The notes under the pieces: generated by a model
What the model saw: only the letters and a program-made list of their open reading frames with translations
The model's database searches: none
Told to the model about the DNA's origin: nothing
Part shown: one piece after another, positions 54,062 through 55,255 of the stretch
Layout: every line of letters starts with the position of its first letter
How positions within the stretch are numbered: the stretch's first letter is position 1
Assembly (NCBI GenBank): GCA_016874915.1
Contig: VGSW01000002.1
Span: 1 to 55,255, forward strand
DNA: 55,255 nucleotides
Source: Deltaproteobacteria bacterium
GTDB lineage: Bacteria > Desulfobacterota > Desulfobaccia > Desulfobaccales > 0-14-0-80-60-11
Reading direction: 5' to 3'
Translations under genes and position numbers: made by a program

Positions 54062-54570
54062 CTATTCCGCATCCAGGGCCCGCCAGCCGAAGCTTTCCCA
54101 GAGGGGCGGGCAGTCGTTGAGGCTGATCTCGCCCTCCCGCAGGGCCGCGGCATAGGCCATGCAGGTTCCGTAGCCGCAAGCCTTGCAGTTGGTCATGGGA
54201 GTCAGCTTTAAAATGTCCATGACCTTGAGTCCAGCCTGGCCGGTGTAGCGTGGGGTAATTTCCTCCGCCGTTCATAGACCTCGTTGATCTGCCCCTTAAT
54301 CCATTCCAGCAGGGCATGGGATTCCTCCATGTCTCGGGCGCCCCGGATGGCAATCTCTTTGGCGTGCAGGGTGATCCACTTGCCGGCGGAGAGCTTGAGC
54401 AGCAAGACCTGGTTATCCTGGTCGTAATCCCAACCGCCCAGTTCGGCGTTGAGATAAGGGAGAACCGGGGAAATATCCGTGTCAAAGGTGGCGATGCTGT
54501 GCAGGACCTCCTTGGTGGAGTCGCACTTGGGACGGAAGATTTCATAATTATTAATCCGGTCCAGTAACAT
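54062..54570 (-). pseudogene. Frameshifted (Fe-S)-binding protein with C-terminal RnfB/CdhE-type Fe-S domain
   Basis: The 120-aa frame (54208..54570) ends in junk. A different minus-strand frame continues as 'EEITPRYTGQAGLKVMDILKLTPMTNCKACGYGTCMAYAAALREGEISLNDCPPLWESFGWRALDAE*' (C-x2-C-x4-C-x16-C). The junction is at about 54262-54270 (CGGCGGAGG), consistent with a 1-nt indel. Confidence 0.6.
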
Positions 54571-54704
54571 GGCGATCCCTCATGTACCTGTACATGTCTG
54601 GTGAGTCCTTTAATGCTATTTAATAAAGCCTTGCCATATGTCCACCGGGCCGTGAAGAATCCGCCGATTATAACGGCGGCGCCGGCGGGCGCCTGGGCGG
54701 GAAT

Positions 54705-55136
54705 TTAGCGCGCCGGGCGCGCCTGAGCCTTCTCTCGCAGCAACGGGATCAATTCGGCCCGCAAGGCGTCCCGCACCTGTCGGAACGCGGCCATGATCTC
54801 CTCTTCCGTGCCCGTGGCCCTGGCCGGGTCCGGGAAGCCCGCGTGCATGACCTCGGTTTCCCCGGGAAACAAGGGACATTGTTCCTGGGCCTGATCGCAT
54901 ACGGTGATCACCAGGTCGAACTGTTCCCCGGCCAGGTCGTCCACCGACTTGGAATAGTGATGGCTGATGTCGATGCCCAGCTCGGTCATGGCCTGGATGG
55001 CCCGGGGATTCACCCGGCTGGGCCGCACCCCGGCGGAAAAGGCTTTCACCTGCCCGGCCAGGTCGTGATTCACCAGGCCCTCGGCCATCTGGCTGCGGCA
55101 GGCGTTTTCGGTGCAGAGAAACAAGACTTTATACAT
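54705..55136 (-). CDS. arsC: Arsenate reductase, thioredoxin-coupled LMW-PTPase family
   Basis: 143 aa. 'LFLCTENACRSQMAEG' (CX5R P-loop) and 'TVCDQAQEQCP' (the Cys-X6-Cys pair, as in the Cys82/Cys89 pair of the Staphylococcus/Bacillus enzyme). Confidence 0.8.
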   Translation of the reverse strand: MYKVLFLCTENACRSQMAEGLVNHDLAGQVKAFSAGVRPSRVNPRAIQAMTELGIDISHHYSKSVDDLAGEQFDLVITVCDQAQEQCPLFPGETEVMHAGFPDPARATGTEEEIMAAFRQVRDALRAELIPLLREKAQARPAR

Positions 55137-55230
55137 TGACGCGGTCCTTCAAGGCAATTAAACATGAGCCTTCGGCTCACTCGTTAATCATGAAAGCTGC
55201 CTGGCATATAAGGAAACTGTGGCCCCTACT

Positions 55231-55251
55231 TTGAACTTTGAACCTTGATGG
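55231..55251. repeat. Three tandem heptamers (TTGAACT TTGAACC TTGATGG), the inverse of the 19846-19880 motif
   Basis: Read directly, about 95 nt upstream of arsC at the window edge. Confidence 0.4.
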
Positions 55252-55255
55252 ATTC

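Noticed and set aside
54047-54120. Read-through of the TAG in the MtrA-like frame as pyrrolysine
   Set aside because: The downstream plus-strand frame shows no convincing MtrA similarity. It also overlaps the clearly genuine minus-strand Fe-S domain coding sequence. No Pyl machinery is visible in the window.
53854-54155. Track ORFs 53854..54120 and 53970..54155 as genes
   Set aside because: They are Gly/Arg/Pro-rich and lie in frames other than the MtrA-like reading frame. They overlap the better-supported remnants.

Overview
This 55.3-kb window comes from a GC-rich bacterium. Core genes are about 60-66% GC. Outer-membrane genes indicate a diderm, and an anaerobic, Desulfobacterota-like origin is only a guess.

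The left third (1-18.7 kb) is accessory and mobile DNA:
- cas2 followed by a 41-repeat CRISPR array.
- A BrnT/BrnA toxin-antitoxin pair sitting between the main array and a relic mini-array.
- An MmeI-like fused endonuclease/N6-adenine methyltransferase (Type IIG) with a low-GC patch in its specificity region.
- A translationally coupled small ORF plus a DUF3800 protein.
- A roughly 9-kb integrase/Xis/Rep/iteron/DnaB-helicase/primase element. It abuts a 3' fragment of tRNA-Arg(ACG) that keeps its own terminator.

The right two thirds (18.9-53.8 kb) form a dense lipid/glycolipid locus, which I consider the best candidate for an undescribed system. It contains:
- A 2627-aa type I PKS/FAS-like megasynthase (tandem NMO/ER-like domains, then KS-AT-ACP-KR-DH) with its own Sfp-type PPTase.
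- A serine-palmitoyltransferase-like alpha-oxoamine synthase that heads an operon encoding a DevBCA/MacAB-TolC-type exporter.
- A GNAT-like acyltransferase and an SDR.
- A GT21-like glycosyltransferase, five further glycosyltransferases and a Wzx-like flippase.
- Three radical SAM enzymes (two SPASM, one B12-binding).
- A low-GC outer-membrane beta-barrel gene.

The window ends with two decayed genes (an MtrA-like fragment and a frameshifted Fe-S protein) and arsC. Short palindromic repeat families and tandem heptamers are scattered through intergenic DNA. All protein calls rest on motifs I recognised by eye. No database or HMM search was possible.
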